From Squalus acanthias (Eukaryota): DNA of 64,000 nucleotides. The stretch is taken from the NCBI GenBank assembly GCA_030390025.1, contig CM059432.1:10168001-10232000 (forward strand), read 5' to 3'. Shown one piece after another: positions 60,996 to 64,000 of this stretch (positions are counted from its first letter, which is position 1; each line of letters begins with the position of its first letter). The position numbers and the translations under genes are program-made. The notes beneath the pieces were generated by a model. It saw only the letters and a program-made list of their open reading frames with translations, was not told the DNA's origin and ran no database searches.

Positions 60996-61189
60996 CGAAG
61001 TAAAAACAGAAAATGACGGAAGTTCAAAGCTGTGCATTGCCATCATTTTCTGCTTTTATTTTTTTAATAATTGAGCACTATTGATGACTTTGGAGCACAC
61101 AGCAGTCTAATGACAGCCATGGTTTACTAACCAGGCACTGGAAGCCCTGTTGGAAACAGGAGGAATGCACTGGCTTTTTGTCTTCACTG

Positions 61190-61975
61190 CTTGGGCCTTA
61201 TCAACAAATCTCAACCTTGGGCTGCCCCCCTAATACACCAGCAGTTTCTGCTCTTCAGAGCACCTCACTTTCTTCTTGTCTCGCCTTTAAAATCCTTCTT
61301 CTCTACCACCCGCCCAACTCCCACCCCAACTTTCTCACCGAGATCCCCTCACTTCTCTCCTCCCTCGGCCTCTGCATCGAGCGACTTCTCATCTTCGGTA
61401 ATTTCAACCTCCATCTCAACTCACCTTGCCCTCTCCCCTCTGAGTTCACTGGCCTCCTGTCCACCCTTAACCTCTCCCTCCATATGAAAAACCCCTACCC
61501 ATATTTACGGCCACCCCCTCGACCTTGCCATCTCACGTGACCTCCGTACTCCCATCGTCACAATCGCAGACAAGGCCATCTCTGATCACTTCCTTGTCTC
61601 CCTCACCACCCACATCCCCCTTCCCCCTCTCAACTCCACTTCCTTCTGTGTCCGCCCCTGAAAAACCTCTCCCCCAAGTCACTTACAGAGGCACTTTTAA
61701 ACTCTAATCTGTCCAGCTTTTGACCCTCCGTTTGAATACTTCTGCAGCTGTCAATCTGCTCAGTCACACCCTCACTTCCTCCTTTGATGTTCTGGTTGCA
61801 AGTAAAACCCTTACTCTCTCCCACCCTGCTCGTTCCCTTGGCACGGCCCCGATATTCACCCCCAAAGGGCACAGACTTGAACGTTGACGGCGCACAACCG
61901 CTTGAGCCATTCATCGCCAGACTCTGGACCACATCAAGCACTTTCAGGCTCTGCTCCCCTCTACCAAAATGGAAA
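61190..61975 (+). pseudogene. Degenerate L2 APE region
   Basis: FKILLLYHPP...LLIFGNFNLHLNS; homologous to 45400-46200. Confidence 0.75.
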
Positions 61976-61984
61976 TGAATGGAG

Positions 61985-62120
61985 GCATGACTGAGTGACA
62001 GAAGAGTGGCGGAGACAGGGGAGGAGGGCCCAAGAGGGGTAAAAAGAAGAGAAAGACAAAGGGAGAGTGAAGCAATGGGCTCGGGTCCAGAGCGGCAGCC
62101 AAAATGCGCACGCGAATGGG
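61985..62120 (-). mobile_element. L2 5'-region fragment
   Basis: ggctcgggtcc(a/g)gagcggcagccaaa is shared with 46843-46868. Confidence 0.6.
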
Positions 62121-62514
62121 CACAGAGGAAGATCAAGCATGGCAAAGATTGGGATAGATATAGCCTGGTATAAATGGAGAATAGGGAGGAGACAATAAGA
62201 GAGAGTTAAATGTTAAAGTTAGAGGTCCCGTGGTAGAATGAAGTTAACTTGTGGATAGGGTGGAGTCAGCTTGGAGCATCGACGAACGGACGCCCAGGTT
62301 CGGAGATGGGGGTGGAGGGCGAGTGAGCCCAGGAGCTCTTTGAGGGGAAGAATATCAGTGGGCGCACTGCTGGAGGTTTCCCCATGCAAATGTGGAGAAT
62401 CGATCATGAGCCAGTATTAGGTTGATCCAGGGGTCCAGCGGAGATATGTAGAGGCCCCAGCGATTAGTAGTTCACACCAGCGGATCCCGTATACCAGCGG
62501 AGGGATGAATGGTG

Positions 62515-62892
62515 TCACCGTGGCTGCAGTGTGTACCATCTACAAGATGCACTGCAGCAACTCGCCAAGGCTTCTTCAGCAGCACCTCCCAAACCCACGA
62601 TCTCTTCCACCTAGAAGGACAAGGGCAGCAGGCGCATGGGAACACCACCACCTCCAAGTTCCCCTCCAAGTCACACACCATCCTGACTTGGAAATATATC
62701 GCCGATCCTTCATCATCGCTGGGTCAAAATCCTGGAACTCCCTCCCTAACAGCACTGTGGGAGTACCTTCACCACACGGACTGCAGCGGTTCAAGAAGGC
62801 GGCTCACCACCACCTTCTCAAGGCAAATTAGGGATGGGCAATAAATGCTGGCCTTGCCAGCGACGCCCAGATCCTACGAACGAATTTAAAAA
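62515..62892 (+). mobile_element. CR1-group LINE (second family) 3' end
   Basis: Matches 23090-23465. Confidence 0.82.
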
Positions 62893-63517
62893 AGCAACAA
62901 TGGGAAGCAGACGGAAACCAGCAGAAAAGGTCATGTGGCACAGGTGGAGCTGGAGGGGAAACAGCAGGAACAGATCAGAGTTTGCTCAGCGTAGAGTAAA
63001 AATATTCCTGGCAGAGGAGCAGAAAAACTGAGGATGCAGCAACGGATCAGGTACGAGGATTGAGGCGGCCTAGCAGAGAATACAGACTCGGTGGGAAACG
63101 GCGGCCAAGTTGGAGGTCGCTAGAAGGGCCAGAAGTCAGCGGAGAGATGGACTTCGGCCCAGGAGAAAGTAGATGTCTGTCCAGGACCCACACAGCAGCA
63201 AAATAAAGCTGAGAAACCCAACAGTGCATTGAAGTACAGTCAGAAGCTCAGCAGGTAACAGCAGCTGGTGGGAGGTGGGCTGTTGGCTAGAAAACCTTAA
63301 AACTCGAAGCGAGTGAGCACCAGAGCAGCAGAGCCTTGCAGTGTAGTCGAGTAGAGCGGCCTAGTCCTGTTGGGAGAGGAATCCAGGATTTGGGAAGTCA
63401 AATTTGAGCATGGTTCCAGCCGTTGAAGAGAGCACAGTGAAATTGAAAAACAAGGAGGGTCACGGGATGGGCAGTGGCCTCTGCACAGGTAGTGGAAGAG
63501 AGGAGATTGGATGGAGT

Positions 63518-64000
63518 TATAAACATACAAACAATGACGGACAGGTAAAGACCATCTGGTCCATCCAGCCTGTCCCACACAATAGTGATACCTTGTGTGT
63601 CACAATATATACTCCCCACCCCACCCATGTGATGTCCTGGGAGAGGCGAAAAACCCAGATAAAAACCCAGGCCAATTTGGGGGGGAAATCTGGGGAATTC
63701 CTCTCCGACCCATCTAGGCGATCGAAACTAGTCCAGGAGATCGCTCTGGTCATGAATTCCCTGCAGTACCTACCTTCTGTAAGAGGTGATCTCCGCCCCA
63801 GCCAGAAACAGGTCCAGCTCTCGCTTGAAGGAATTCAGCGAATCAGCATCCTCCACACGAGACGGCAGCCTGTTCCAGAGGTCCACTATTCTCTGGGAAA
63901 AGAACCACCTCCTGACATCTAACCTAGCTCTGGCCTTACACAACTTAGAATTGTGACCCCTGGTCCTCCCTCACCTATTTATTGGAACAAACTGTCAACT
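63518..64000 (-). mobile_element. CR1-like LINE 3' end (third family), runs off the window
   Basis: Minus strand encodes RTRGHNSKLCK...RRWFFSQRIVDLWNRLP, then a long 3' UTR with a terminal hairpin. Confidence 0.7.

Noticed and set aside
1..64000. Prokaryotic systems (CRISPR arrays, retrons, operons)
   Set aside because: No repeat-spacer arrays or operon structure; all RTs fit eukaryotic LINE, PLE or LTR classes.

Overview
This is eukaryotic, repeat-dominated DNA. It is most likely from a cartilaginous fish, judged by recognition of shark-type CR1 LINEs with an SGNH-esterase ORF1 and SacSINE1/DeuSINE-like SINEs. I could not identify a host protein-coding gene. The window is a deeply nested set of CR1, L2, RTE and Penelope retroelements, SINEs and PIF/Harbinger-derived DNA elements. 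Main points: (1) An intact, very young Ty3/Gypsy element (39542-44009) has identical 194-bp LTRs, a 5-bp TSD and one 1312-aa ORF. It lacks a tRNA primer site; its PBS position is a perfect 11-nt complement of its own LTR, overlapping ATTAAA, which suggests self-priming. It also carries a duplicated PPT/LTR start. (2) A remnant of an envelope-bearing LTR element (53891-60149) has an uninterrupted ORF resembling the C-terminal half of an F-type class I fusion glycoprotein, possibly lokiretrovirus-like. (3) A 1.6-kb solo LTR with a 4-bp TSD has a similar terminus. (4) There are four minimal type I hammerhead ribozymes of two Penelope-linked types, two of them in tiny TSD-flanked inserts. (5) There is a roughly 125-bp tRNA-Val plus CR1-tail proto-SINE. 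(6) There is a four-level nested insertion. Family names come from motif recognition by eye, not database searches, and boundaries of degenerate repeats are approximate.
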